Both the position numbers and the translations under genes were made by a program. The notes under the pieces were generated by a model. It saw only the letters and a program-made list of their open reading frames with translations. It had not been told where the DNA came from and did no database searches. A stretch of DNA of 64,000 nt from Eledone cirrhosa (Eukaryota): contig OZ024742.1 of assembly GCA_964016885.1 (NCBI GenBank), forward strand, positions 253,084,001-253,148,000. The letters run 5' to 3'. Below, piece after piece: positions 27,345 through 41,233 of the stretch (positions are counted from its first letter, which is position 1; each line of letters opens with the position of its first letter).

Positions 27345-28003
27345 AGAAATTAGGAATAAGAGGGATCAGATGCTGGTTACTCGAGAGAAGACTGCGTTGG
27401 TATGGTCACGTGATGTGCATGAAAGACGACAGCTGTATAAAAAAGTGCAGGGCGATCAAAATTGATGGAAGTTATGGAGTAGGCAGATCCAGAAAAACCT
27501 GGGACGATTTGATAAATTCTGACCTTACATACTTACACCTCTCTAAGACAATGTCACTGGACTGAGATCTTTGGCGCTATGCAGTAATACAGAAGCCCTG
27601 CCTTGCCTATGTACAAAGCGAAACCTACAGTCAGTAGGCACCTCTTAACCTAATATACACCCACATCCCACTACCCCCCCCCATACTGCCATCAACACCA
27701 CCCCTTTCTCTGTAAAGTTATGTTGGTACCACAACATCCAGTCCTAAATAAATGAGGTCGTGTAGCTGTCATGACAAAAAAAACTCCACACAGTCCACTC
27801 TGTAATGTGGCCGTGTAGGCAACACGGTAAAAACCTCCCAGTCCACACTGTAAACATGGTTGATGTTAGGAAGGGATCCAGCCGTAGAAAACCTTCTAGA
27901 CAGTCCTATACGAGTGAGATGACCAAACTTGCCTCAAGTGGGACAATTTCCGTCTAAACCCATGCTAGCGTGGAAGATAGACGTTAAATGATGATGATGA
28001 TGA
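27345..28003 (+). mobile_element. RTE LINE 3' end continuing into the (ATG)n-tailed segment
   Basis: RRLRWYGHV..GRSRKTW then a 3' region ending (ATG)n. Homologous fragment at 51450-51730(-). Confidence 0.75.
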
Positions 28004-29399
28004 TATATATATATATATACATATATTTGTACCTCCAGCCAACTCTCTTTGTATATATGTCTGTACAAGTATTTCTATTTATTTCTTTGAGCATGTATAT
28101 GTGTCTGAATATGTGCATATTAATGTGTCTATGTACATAATCTCAAACAGCACTAGTAGCTCTAAATGTTAGAAATGTTATGTCAAACGTGATGGTACTT
28201 TCATTTGTACAATAAAACCCTTGTGATTACTTTGTTACTGCAATAGTTTTTCATCTGTTTATTTTAATAATTTTTTTATCAATTCATCATTTGTTATTAT
28301 GATGTTCTGCACTGAGAGATTTTACAATGCATTTCAATTATTTTATCAGTAGATGCATGGGATGGGTGTGTGGTTGTGTGGATATGTGGTTAACACGTTC
28401 ACTTCATGATTATGTGGTTTGGGTGTCTCAAATCCTTCTGTTGCACCTTCTTCAGAAAGTGACTTCTTCTATAGCTCCTGTTTAAATGCAGCATGGCTAA
28501 ATGGTTAAGAAGTCTACTTCACAATCATAAGGTCCCAGATTTTTCTTTATATATATATCTAGAATCCTTTAGTTCATTTAATTATTATTTTAGGAATTTT
28601 TTCAGTTTATTTCTGATTTTGAATTGACAACCATCCAGTTCTGGGCTCCAAAACCATCAGCTCAACTGTAAGATAGGTTCAGCATGGCCAACTGACCTGT
28701 CCCTTCTCATAACAGTGTCATCCAGTTCCACACTGTAAATGTGGTTAGTGTTAGGAAGGGCATCCAGCTCTAAAATCCTCTGCCAAATTTACAGTCCCGT
28801 CGGAGCAAGGTGCAGTGTGGCCAACTCTAGCAAGACATGTCTCCCAAAGTGAACAACCTGTTTAACCCATGCAAACATGGAAAAGCGGATGCTAAACAGT
28901 GATGATGATCTTATGGAGATCTGTGATTTTAATATTTATCATCATCATCATTTGTTGTCAGTTTCCCATGCTGGCATGCTTTGGATGAGTTGCCATGGTC
29001 TAGACAGATCAAAGAGATCTCATCTTGCTCATACTTTCCATACTTAACATATTTGGCATGATTAGTACAGCCGAATGTCCTTACTTACATCAACCATCTT
29101 AAACATGCACTGAGAGCATTTCATTACGGCACCAGCACTAATATTTTACAAAGTGGGCTGGCTACATTTCATGATGACACTAGGACTAAAGAGGTTGACA
29201 TATGCTTGGCCAAACAGAAGAATCCTCTTTATCCTATATAGTCACTGCTTGATTGCCACCCACATTGCAGTGTGTATTAGGTGCTTTCTATCATGGCACC
29301 AATGTTGTCTCTGTGTGTTCCATTATAGAAGAAGTTATCTCATATACTGCTAGCTAAGAGACCTCTCCAGTCTATGTAGTCTCTGTCGAAAGTTATGAT

Positions 29400-32300
29400 A
29401 GAAAGTTTTAAAATAAAAATAATAACACGAGATGTAAGGGAATGTAGAATGAGATGTAAAGTGTGTAGAGGAACGTAGGAAAGAGCGTAAAAAATAAAAA
29501 TAATAACACGGTGAGATTTAATTGTCCCTATATTTCGGATTCGCATCCATCAACTGGGGGGTTTTCCAGGGGGGAAAGGTTATCTGTCGGAGAGGAATGG
29601 AACGTGTCCTCTGCTGTTGGCTGTTCGTGACTAATTGAGGTATTCTGTAGTGCGCGCGGAATCGGTGCGGTCAGGCAGAGGTCGAAGTAGTTCTTTTAAT
29701 TGTGGGAGTGGGATGGCGTTAGCTGTCAGTCCATTGTACTATTTATCTGTGTTGGGTTTTGGGTACTGGCAGTGTAGTATAGTCGTCTGGTAGTAGTAGT
29801 ATTCTGCCTGGTCTCTTCTTTTTTTAAAAATTAGGTCAGTACATGGTGGCGGTGTTACACACACAAGAACAACCGTTCGAACGTCACTGTGTGTGTGTGC
29901 GTGTGTTGGTGCCTCGTTAGTTCACACCAACCACTTCATCTCACTTCTCTCGGATTGGTTATTTATTTGTGGCTCTAGGCGTTTGATCCAAAGTGCTTCC
30001 TTGATTCGTAGCGTGCCGACGTTGCGTTCTGTCGCTAGCACTGTGACAATGGGCCTTCGGTCTTTGTTTCCGCATTTGGTGATGTGTTTCCGGAAAGACG
30101 AGGCCCTGGTGTTGATGTGCTCCTTGATCCGGATATGTAGCGGCCGGATTGTGCTATCGATATAGTAGTCGTTGCACTTGTCACATTCCACCCTGTATAC
30201 CACGTATGTGTGTAAGCAACTGTTCGTATGGTGCATCGGACAGTTTACGAGGGAACACGCGTCAGTCGATTTCCCGGGTTTCCTGGAGAGGCATCTCCGC
30301 TGGGAGGGGCCCGAGTGGGCCAGGTGGATGTTGAGGTCCTCTCTCCGCATAGCCCTGCGGATAGCGTTGGTGGTATTCTCGCCCAGGTGTAGTATTTTAA
30401 GGAAACACTTGCCTTGGGTGTTTCTCAGCGTCTGGTGTCTCCTACTCTGTTTGTGAACGAGGCAGGGTACCCATTCATCTCCAACACTTTGAGGAATCGC
30501 TTGGTGTGGGTGACACCACTCACGGGATCGCTGCATCTGTTTTTAATTCGCGTGATCTCGTTCGTGATGTACCCTCTTTTAGCGCTGTTAGGGAGGGAAG
30601 ACTTGTAGTGGACGAACAAGTCCCTGTAGGCTACCTTGCGGTAGAAGTTGGTGTGGATCTCTCCCTGCTCCGTGATGTTGATTCGGAAGTTGAGGAGGGC
30701 AAGTGATCCGTCGTTGCTGGGGTGTTCAACACTGAAATCATATTCTACACTCTATACATCACATTCTACACTCCTTTACATCTCTCTCTTCACCACCGGA
30801 TCCTGTTACTCGGAGAATTACCCATCTGCATTGTTGAGGCTTCCAAAACGACCAAAAGATAATAAATCTTATTATTCCACAATGCTTCAAGCAAACTTCA
30901 ATACTCTCTTATCCTTACACCTGAGCCAGGAATTGTTTGCATCCGTAAGGGAACTCTTTAAACTGTCGGAGAAATGGGCCAATGTTGGCTGTCAAATTAT
31001 TTTCCTGAAACGCTGCCTAAAAAACGATGTCATCCCCACCACCATCAGGAACATTCGCTTACCAGGATGCCTACGTACACCGGCTTTTCAAAAGACCACT
31101 AGCCGCATACACCTCTCGTGTATCAAACAGATCCTGCGATATCTCAACCGCCAATTACACATCCATAAGCGGACACTCTCAGAGCGGACACATCGACTAA
31201 CAATAACACCCGGCGACTTGCTCCTTAAAATCACAAAAGCAATCGACCACTGCTACCACTCCAGAGTCCAACACGAAAAAAACGGCTCAAGCGGAAATAT
31301 GAGTGGATCTTGCTTAAACTCCACAACGAAAACACCGACACTAACAAACAGACCAGAACCACGTGAAAAACAGCAACATAACAACCGCCGCCACCACATC
31401 CACCAACACCGAGCCACACCTCAACGATGCGATGCACCTGGTCACCGACCTAAACGGCACCCTCACGAACGACGAGCTCAAACTCCTACACCTTGGACCC
31501 AAGTTCATCGTCTCACAACGACTCGACAACAGACTCAAACTCGACATCGAAGCCAACTTCTGTCGAGCCGCTTACCAACTTAAATGGGTGACCGCCATCA
31601 AAAGCACCACGGAAAATAACAGCGTCCACACAACCCGCCCCAAGTTCTCCACCTACCACCTCGACAACCCACTCCACCCCCACCCATCAACCACAAACTC
31701 GAAACTAAACTCATCAGGTAAAATCACTCCATCTCTGATATCCTACACAAACACACACACACACACGCACAACACACAACCTCACTAAATCTCAACTCAC
31801 CTCTCTCTCCAACCTGAAATCGAAGAACCTCATCTACCTCCCCTCCGACAAGGGAAAATAATTCTGCGTCATCAGCAGAGAGGCCTACAACACCCTGGCT
31901 CTCCAACACCTTGACGATGAAACCTCTACTCCAAAGTCACAGGAATCACTCCCGCGCAGATCAAGGAGCACATCAACGCCGCCTGGACCAACATCTGCGA
32001 CCGGCGGAAGCTCCCGGAGAAGCTCAGATACAACCTCCTCACGAGGAACAGCAGACTACCCGCCTTCTACCACCTTGTGAAAACACACAAACAGGGACCC
32101 GACCTGAAGATCAGACCCATCATATCGAGCGTGGAAGGACCGCTCTACAAAATATCATGGCTCCTAGCCAGAATACTCAAACCCATACTAGACACCTTGC
32201 CGGGACACGTTAACAGCTCCGAGGAGGTGTTGGAGCGCCTGCATCAAATGGATCCCGACACCAGAAAGGCTAACAGATCTGCCTTCAGCCTTGATGTGGT

Positions 32301-34190
32301 CACTCTTTACACCTCGGTCCCGGCACTCCCGGCCGTTGATATACTGATGGAACGCGTCCAATCCACCGAGCTACACTGCTTCGGGCTCACCCCCACTGAC
32401 ATCCACCAACTCCTATCCGTCGTCGTTGACAACACATACTTCGGTTTTCTCGACCAAACATACCGGCAGACCTCGGAGCTGCCCATGGGCTCAAGCCTGT
32501 CGGATGTGCTAGCGATCTCATACATGGACAGCCTCGAGCGCAAGGCACTCACCACCTGCCACCCCAATACCGTCGCCTTTTTCTCAAGGTACGTGCATGA
32601 CATCTTCACATCTTCCCAGGAGATGGCGAACGGAATCTTTGAGACGTTCAACAACACGGACGAGAACATTGATTTCAGTGTTGAACAACCCAGCAACGAT
32701 GACTTCCGAATCAACATCACGGAGCAGGGAGAGATCCACACCAACATCTACCGCAAGGCAGCCTACAGGGACTTGTTCGTCCACTACAAGTATGCCCTCC
32801 CTAACAGCGCTAAAAGAGGGTACATCACAAACGAGATCACGCGAATTAAAAACAGATGCAGCGATCCCGTGAGTGGTGTCACCCACACCAAGCGATTCCT
32901 CAAAGTGTTGGAGATGAATGGGTACCCTGCCTCGCTCATAAACAGAGTAGGAGACACCAGACGCAAGAGGCTGAGAAACACCCAAGGCAAGTGCTTCCTT
33001 AAAATACCACACCTGGGCGAGAATACCACCAACGCTATCCACAGGGTTATACAGAGAGAGGGCCTCAACATCCACCTGGCCCACTTGGGCCCCTCCCAGC
33101 GGAGATGCCTCTCCAGGAAACCCGGGAAATCGACTGACGCGTGTTCCCTCGTAAACTGTCCGATGCACCATACGAACAGTTGCTTATACGTAGTATACAG
33201 GGTGGAATGTGACAAGTGCAACGACTACTATATCGGTAGCACAATCCGGCCACTACATATCCGGATCAAGGAGCACATCAACACCAGGGCCTCGTCTTTC
33301 CGGAAACACATCACCAAATGCGGAAACAAAGACGGAAGGCCCATTGTCACAGTGCTAGCGATAGAACGCAACGCCGGTACGCTACGAATCAAGGAAGCAC
33401 TTTGGATCAAACGTCCAGGGCCACAAATAAATAACCGATCCGAGAGAAGCGAAATGAGGTGGTTGGTGTGAACTAACGAGGCACCAACACACGCACACAC
33501 ACACAGTGACGTTCGAACGGTTGTTCTTGTGTGTGTAACACTGCCACCATCCACCGACCTAATTTAAAAAAAAAGAAAAGAGACCAGGCAGAATACTACT
33601 ACTACCAGACGACTATACTACACTGCCAGTACCAAAAACCCAAAACAGATAAATAGTACAATGGACTGATAGCTAACGCCATCCCAATCCAACAATTAAA
33701 AGAACTACTTCAACCTCTGCTTGACCGCACCGATTCCGCGCGCATGCGCGCTCCGCAGAATACCTCAATTAGTCACGAACAGCCAACAGCAGAGGACACG
33801 TTCCATTCCTCTCCGACAGATAACCTTTCCCCCCTGGAAAACCCCCCAGTTGATGGATGCGAATCCGAAATATAGGGACAATTAAATCTCTCCCAAGGTA
33901 ACTCTATCTCGTGTTATTTTTATTTTTTACACTCTTTCCTATGTTCCTCTACACACTTTACATCTCATTCTACATTCCCTTACATCTCGTGTTATTATTT
34001 TTATTTTTACTTTCTTTCCTACGTTCCTCTACACACTATACGTCACATTCTACACTCTCTTACATATCTCTCTTCACCACCGGATCCTGTTACCTGGAGA
34101 ATTACCCATCTGCATTGTTGAGGCTTCCAAAACGACCAAAAGATATTAAATCTTATTATTCCACAATGCTCCAAGCAAACTTCAATACTT
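29400..34190 (+). mobile_element. Penelope/Poseidon-type PLE with a 1.3-kb inverted 5' arm
   Basis: 29400-30737 is the reverse complement of ~32677-34016. 30744-30905 is repeated at 34028-34190, including the ORF start ATGCTxCAAGCAAAC. Confidence 0.9.
30882..33471 (+). pseudogene. Penelope RT + GIY-YIG ORF, frameshifted, catalytic YVDD changed to YVHD
   Basis: LGPKF, KTHK..IRPIIS, SLDVVTLYTSV, LPMGSSLS, RYVHD, VVYRVECDKC..YIGST..RIKEH, EALWI..IN. Confidence 0.9.
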
Positions 34191-34639
34191 TCTTTTAAAA
34201 TCAAATATAAATACTTTAATCCCTTTCTTACCATATTTCTAATAAAAGACACTGCATAAGATTTTGAAATCATTTGAAGGGATTCTCAGTTTAACTAATT
34301 TTCTCATTATTAAGCTGGTAATTGGATCATGACTTAGAAAAGGTTCTTATGATGGATTTTATATTTAGATAAATATAAACACTTTAACTCTTTGGTTATT
34401 AGATTTTTAATGAAAGACATTGCCTCTTGAAATTAATCAAGAATTTGGAGGGATTTAGTAATAATTAACTTAAGTTTCTTACATAAAAAATATGAAGGAA
34501 GGTACGAATTTAAATTTGAACACTTTACAATAAGGAGTTTTGTATCAGTTTCAGGTGGGTTGGCATCAAAGGGATAAGCCAAACCCCTCTGTATGACTCA
34601 GGTTTGTTAAAGAAATGACATAGCATTCTAGCTTTTTTT

Positions 34640-34741
34640 TTTCTTCTTCTTCTTCTTCTTCTTCTTCTTCTTCTTCTTCTTCTTCTTCTTCTTCTTCTTC
34701 TTCTTCTTCTTCTTCTTCTTCTTCTTCTTCTTCTTCTTCTG
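34640..34741. repeat. (TTC)n microsatellite
   Basis: Read directly from the sequence. Confidence 0.95.
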
Positions 34742-36021
34742 CAACCATGGGAAAACAAACATAAAACAACATGTCTATATCTATAGTCAACCAGGGCATC
34801 AATAAATTGTCTCTACTTTATGCACAAAGCCAACAGTTTGAAGAGAAGAGGAAAGTTGATTAAATCAACCCCAGTACATTACCGGTGCTTTATTTTATCG
34901 ACCCCGTAAGGATAAAAGGCAAAACTAACCTCGGTAGGATTTGAATTCAGAACATAAAGGGCCATAACTTTATGCTGCAAAGCATGGTGTCTGATGCTAT
35001 TCCGATACTGTCAATCTACTGCCCTATAACCAGGGTATCAATAATACAAAATTGCCCAATTGCACCACTCAAAGGCGATGACACAGGACCGAGACCTCTG
35101 GCGTTATGCAGTAATACAGAAGACCCAACTTCCCACGGGTACAAGCCGAAGCATATAGACAGTATGCTCCTACCCCCTCCCCCCTCCCACTGTAAATTGG
35201 TTATGTAGGTGTCATGACAAAAATCACCAAGTCCTCACTGTAAAGTGGTCGTGTAGGCGCCGCGGCAAAAAAGCACCCTGTACTCACTGTAAATGAGGTT
35301 GGTGTCAGGAAAGGCATTCGGCTGTAGAAACCAAGCTAAAATCAGTTCCTTATGAGCAAGACATGGTTACCTGACCTGGCATTGCCATCGCCCACAACAG
35401 GACAACCCGTCTAACCCAAGCTAGCATGGAAGAATGGACATAAAACAGTGATGATTATGATGATTCTATTTGGAATAGAAATCACAAAATTGTCTCACCC
35501 AACTAATGGAAGGGAAAGGATCCAGTCATCAAATTGGATAAAACAACACTATGGTTGTATGACTTTAAAGAGTAATGTATTTACACTAAATCTGCAAATG
35601 TTTACAACAATTTGTCAGTTAATAAAGATATTATAAACATTTGAATTAAACCTGTTTTTAGATATTTTCATCGAAACCATTACAAGGTTAAAATTAAACT
35701 TAAAGTGGTAATCTTGACTTGCTAGCATATTATTAGAACTGGTAATCTTCCACTTGTTGGTGACTGTGACAGAAAAACACAGAATCTTCTAGATGAAGCT
35801 GGCTACCTACTCTTCAATATAATATAACATTTACATTATTTATGCCAGTCAAATCATTAAACTGCCGACTTATATAAGCATCGATTGTGTTTTTCCATTA
35901 TAACTAGATTTTCCCACTGGAATTATCCGAGACAAAATAATACATTCTGTATATAGAGAGTTGTACACTCTCCCTAATATGTATGTAACTATGTATGTAA
36001 CTATGTATATATATATGTATG

Positions 36022-36055
<34 letters not shown>

Positions 36056-36565
36056 TGTATGTATGTATGTATGTATGTATGTATACACATATATACGCAA
36101 ACAAATATACATATGCACACACACATACTCATATATACGAAAAAAAAAAGATTACTCAAATAATCGGAAAAGAAGAAAGAAAAAAATACATATAAAAAAA
36201 ATAGGATGAATTGCGAAAATCTAAAGTGGAAGCTTCCCGTGTTCAGGGAAGCAGATCTTGACCAAAACTATAATTCATTTCATTTCACTATGAAATAATG
36301 GAGGCTACTACAATTTTCTTTTTTTTGCATGGTTTTCTGGCAAAACAAGGAAACAGAATCCCATAATTCTCTGCAACATTTCCATCTTTTATTTATGTAG
36401 CGTTTCAGACGTAGCTACATGGCTGCAAAGTTGCGGGTCTTTAAGTCAGACAAATAAATGTTCATTTTGGTCCATATATATATATATGTATGTATATATA
36501 TATAAATTAATATCCTTGCAAGCAGGGAAAAGCGGACGTAAAATGATGAATGATGATGATGATGA

Positions 36566-36628
<63 letters not shown>

Positions 36629-36719
36629 TATATATATATATATAAAGAAAAACGATGAAGTTTTGTTTACATGTATTTAGGATTTTATTGTGTATCTACC
36701 TGAATCACATACACTATAC

Positions 36720-36802
<83 letters not shown>

Positions 36803-36807
<5 letters not shown>

Positions 36808-38695
36808 AAAATAACAGATTAAAGTTTAAGCAAAGAACCGCTGCTTTCACCCTTAACGGGATCTTCTGAAACTAACAAAGTCAATCTGTAAACGCAGAAG
36901 AGGATATTTTAAAAAACGTTGCAATCGGAAGGGTAGCAATGCTGGGTTACACGGGGGGTTATTATAGGTTTTAAATCCAAATTTATCCTGTTTGTTGTCT
37001 GCTTTTCGCGGATTATCGAAATAAAAGGCCCGCCAACGCAACCTTTTAATGAACGCGTCTGTTTTCTGTATCAGGAGTTTTAGGTATGTTTTTATGCTTG
37101 GTACGGGTATGTTCTTTGTAGAAATATTCAGATGTTGTTTCTGCATGATGAATATAAGTCAGTAGAGTGCTCAACCGAGGGAGCCAAATAGTAATAATAA
37201 TAAATTTGAAGACCAAAATCCAAAGAGGGCTCGATAAGGATAAATATATATCAAATATATAAGAACCGTAGAGCAAATATTTATTAAAATAACAGATTAA
37301 AGTTTAAGCAAAGAATCGCTGCTTTCACCCTTAACGGGATCTTCTGAAACTAACAAAGTCAATCTGTAAACGCAGAAGTGGATATTTAAAAAAAACGTTG
37401 CAACCGGAGGAAGACAGGAAGACGATGCTTTGGTTCGTGGAAACGTTCGTTGGCAAAGAACGGGAAAAAACGAATATAATACGTCATTAATAGCAGCGGT
37501 AAAAAACAATTACGCGCAAAGACAGAACGACGTTTATGGTATAAAAGAGGTCGTAGACTAATGTTCTCTTAGGTGGTTCATAGAGACGTTCTCTGGCAAT
37601 GAACGAAAAAAAACGAAGATAATACGTCATATGTGGAGCGTGGAGAACAATAGCACGCAAAGACAAAACCACGTAAATGGTATAGCAGAAGTCGTAGACT
37701 AAAATTCTAACTAGGAGACCGAATGAATCTCCGCTACAGAGTTAAGAACAAAGTAAATAAATACAATACAGAAGTAATAGAAATAAATAAATACATACAC
37801 GCAAACAAATACGTACATACACAAGCATACGCAAAACACTTACCATAGGTATACAAAACCACGCACATATAAATATGTGTGTGTGTGTATGCGTGTATAC
37901 AAATAAATAAATAATTATATAAACGTATATAAATAAATAAATACGTATATAACAAGCACACACACATACATACATGTAAATACACGAATGTTCGGAGACG
38001 TAAGTCAACCAAAACATGAAGTACACATATACACACACCCTACATACGTACGAACCTGCATACTCACACAGACGCAAAACTCCCGTATACACACAGCCAA
38101 ACCATATGTACCAGAATATATTAAATTATACGCCATAACATAAACAATCAAATATACGTACGAGAGGGTATACGTACCTTCACAAAACATACGGGTAATA
38201 TATACTTACCTATGCAAATAAGTAATGGTATAAACAAAACATATACTTAGCTCCCACATCAAGACGTAAAATATCCACGTATAGATCGTACTATCCGTTA
38301 GGGTATAACGTGGGGCTGTAATACAGGAAAGTTTTGTGCAATTTATGTTTACAAGCCGAAATTGCCTCAGATTTTTTGTTTAAGATGTGGTCTGTGGCGT
38401 AGAGTATTTCCAGGACCTCAGCAGCGCAGAGGTCACATGGTCTTTTATTTCCGTTATACGATCTAGCCCTAGCTAGGATCTCCCAGTGTAACTTATATTG
38501 GGTGTGGTTGTCTTTTAGACTCCAGATATAAGCTGAAAGTGACGTCATATTCCTTCTTAGAGGGTAACGAAAAGAATGGGTATGCATGTAAAGACGCTGC
38601 TTGAATCTATTGGCGGTTAACCCTATGTAGGCCCTACGGGACGTGGGTGTTACAACCTTACATTTGTAGACAATGTTACTAGAGAGGCATTTCCC
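36803..38695 (-). mobile_element. Third Naiad family (Naiad-3): GIY-YIG end + 3' region + pLTR + ORF start, RT deleted
   Basis: IVYKC..YIG..CDLC..CKHK at 38291-38690; MQKQHLNISTKNIPVPS..RLRWRA at 36930-37146; 36803-36930 is repeated at 37281-37408; (TA)n on both flanks. Confidence 0.85.
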
Positions 38696-38735
38696 GGATA
38701 GGGGGCAATCAACCCGATCAAATTTATTATTATTA

Positions 38736-38820
<85 letters not shown>

Positions 38821-39018
38821 TTTTGTTGTTGTCGTTGTTGTAGTTATTGTTTTGTTCATGTTTCGGTCTTTAAATTTGTTTTCTAGTTCATTATAAAAGA
38901 TATCTGTGAAAATATTTGGGTGACAAGTTGCCCCTAAATTAGTGTCATTCTCCTTCATACCTTTCATTTTATATTTGATTCAGTTTTGTTTTGTTTGTTT
39001 GCTGAGAAATGATGGATA

Positions 39019-39474
39019 TGTAGTGACTAGCGCCATCTCTCCGGGGAACCAAACTATTTTGGAGTTACTTCCCCGTGGCCAGTATATAAGGGAGCGTTCC
39101 GACACCTCGCTCTATCTCTTTTCACCTTTTGGCCACCTGCAACACATCTGCTGAGGACCTATACCATAAGGCTCAGCTCAGATGTATTCCAATCCTTCTT
39201 ACAAGGATTAACAAAGCAAGTCACAGGTATGTCATTTAACCATTGTAAACACACACGCACAAGCACACGAATAAAGAAAAACTACCTTCACATACAGTTG
39301 AGAAGACTTATCGTTGTTATTATCATATATATTATTTCCTGTCTGCATCTCATCATCTTGCTTCCTGCTTTCCTTACATATTCTTGTGTTCCTTCACTTA
39401 TTAAATTATTAAATTAGTGATTGGCATACAGTGTTATCTACTAGAGTAAATAACCTTATGGCCAGTTCACTAAA
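39019..39474 (+). mobile_element. Solo LTR (Gypsy-like)
   Basis: Begins TGTAGTGA and ends TCACTAAA (one change from TCACTACA); 4-bp GATA direct repeat on both flanks; internal TATATAAG box. Confidence 0.7.
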
Positions 39475-39929
39475 GATAGATTGCTTCATGATATTCATTC
39501 CAGCTCTCTGAATTCAAATCTTGCTGAGTTCAGCTTTGTTTTTCATCCTTCCGAGGTCCAGTACTGGGGTAAATTCTTTCTTTATATTTCTTTTTTATTT
39601 CTTCTCTTTCTCTTGCTCTTGCTTTGTTTCTCTAAAAGAAATTGGCTGTTCCATCCTAGTGATGGATGGGCTCCACAATGTTTAAATGACAAAGACATGC
39701 TATGTATGGTGTCCCTAAAATGCCATCAAGAATTATGGGCCTACGGAATGATATATGCTTAATGTAAAAATTATTGCAATATTTATATGAATTATCTATT
39801 CTCTTGTAGATTTCTCACAACCACCACCACCTCCTCCGAGAAGAAAGGTGGATCAGCAACATTTTAGTTTCATTGTAATTAATATGTCGTTAGTTGGATA
39901 GATTGTTGTCATATTTACAAAAATGATAT

Positions 39930-41233
39930 GCGATGGGGCCCACCCACAGTCCCCGGCAGACAAAATGGAGAAGGCGTTTCCCCGGAGGATGGCAAGGGAG
40001 ACGCGCTGGAAAAGCCACTCCAACTCGTGGGGCTCACACCTGCGGCTGGCCAGCTCAGCGCCTATGGTGGTGAGTAAAGAGGTAGCCCTGTGGCCGAGGG
40101 CACCAGAAGTCTCCACTGCCAGAGGTACGCCCGCAAATCTGTTGGAGAGTGACCAGTATTTGAGGAGTTTGGCCTCCTCAACCCGACGTGCAGCAGAACC
40201 TGGGTCAGAACCCGGCCGATACAGATGCGAAGATCTGATAGTCGTCGAAAATGGGAACTAGTGCGAGCGTGTCAGAAATCCTGGTCTCGCTGACGGCAAT
40301 TACATTCATTTCTAGAGACCCGAGGTCGTTGAGTAGGTGACCCTGCTTCCAGGACGATCCCAGCCATCGAACATTTAAACACCCTACTCTTAATATGACC
40401 ATGTTGGCAGGGTAAAAGAGAGAGAAGAAAAGTTTACTTGAGTCTCAGAGCAGCCAGGACCTCCTTGGTGGGTTGGAAGACAGTGTCCTCTGAGGCAACA
40501 ACTCTGACTGCGGCCGAGATATCACCCATGATAAGCTTGGCATTTACCTGGTCACGCAAACGCTTGGCACTGGACTCGGGGGTGGAGGTTAGGGGGTACC
40601 TGAGGGTGGGTGTGTGGCGTCCCTGGGCACGCTTGGAATGGGCGCTCGCCCAAAGAACGAGAGATTGGCCTTGACGAAGGCTGCTGTTGACCGGCCGCCC
40701 CGGTCAGTGCCAGAGCTGGGGAGGCCGAGGGCGAGTGGGGTGAAATAGAACAGCCGCTCCCAGTCACTGGCTCGATTGAAGTCCAGGGCGCTCTCAATCG
40801 AGGAAGCAAGGGCATCGGCTACCGGCACCCGTGCCGTTCTCGGGATCCTGAGTGGGATCTTTCGGAGCCGCCTGAGCCGAGCGATGTTGACCAGCGAGGC
40901 TTGGGCATCAGGCAAGCTTGCTGTCCTATCTGGTGGTGTGCCAGATGGCCATGGCTGGGAAGGCGTGGGGAAGAGGCAGCTCCTGCACCTCCACGCTGCG
41001 AGGGTATTGGAAGCTCGACGAGTCAAGCCAACGCAGGTGAGGTGGTGGAAGCAGCCACACCCCAAACAGTTCTGGCCCCTCTTCCGTCTGTTAGTGGTGC
41101 TGCAGGTGTCGGCTTGGAGGGATGTGGGATGGGGCGTGGGGTCGGGGACTGGGGCACCAAGCGGCATCAGGGGTGGGTAGCTGGCATGTGTGGGTGGAAG
41201 GGAAAGTGCTGGTAAGAGCGCCTCATAGCTCAC
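39930..41233 (-). mobile_element. CRE-like non-LTR remnant (PHD-like N-terminus + restriction-like endonuclease tail) with a Tx1 fragment in place of RT
   Basis: CLGCGCFHHLTC..WRCRSC; RIPRTAR; GDISAAVR; VETSGALG..FQRVSLAILRGNA. Interval 40215-40437 encodes a Tx1 APE start. Confidence 0.7.

Noticed and set aside
30830-30856. Hammerhead in the Poseidon pLTR (TTGTTGAGG-CTT-CCAAAACG; also ~34114)
   Set aside because: The position is plausible, but both core halves deviate and stem I is not evident.
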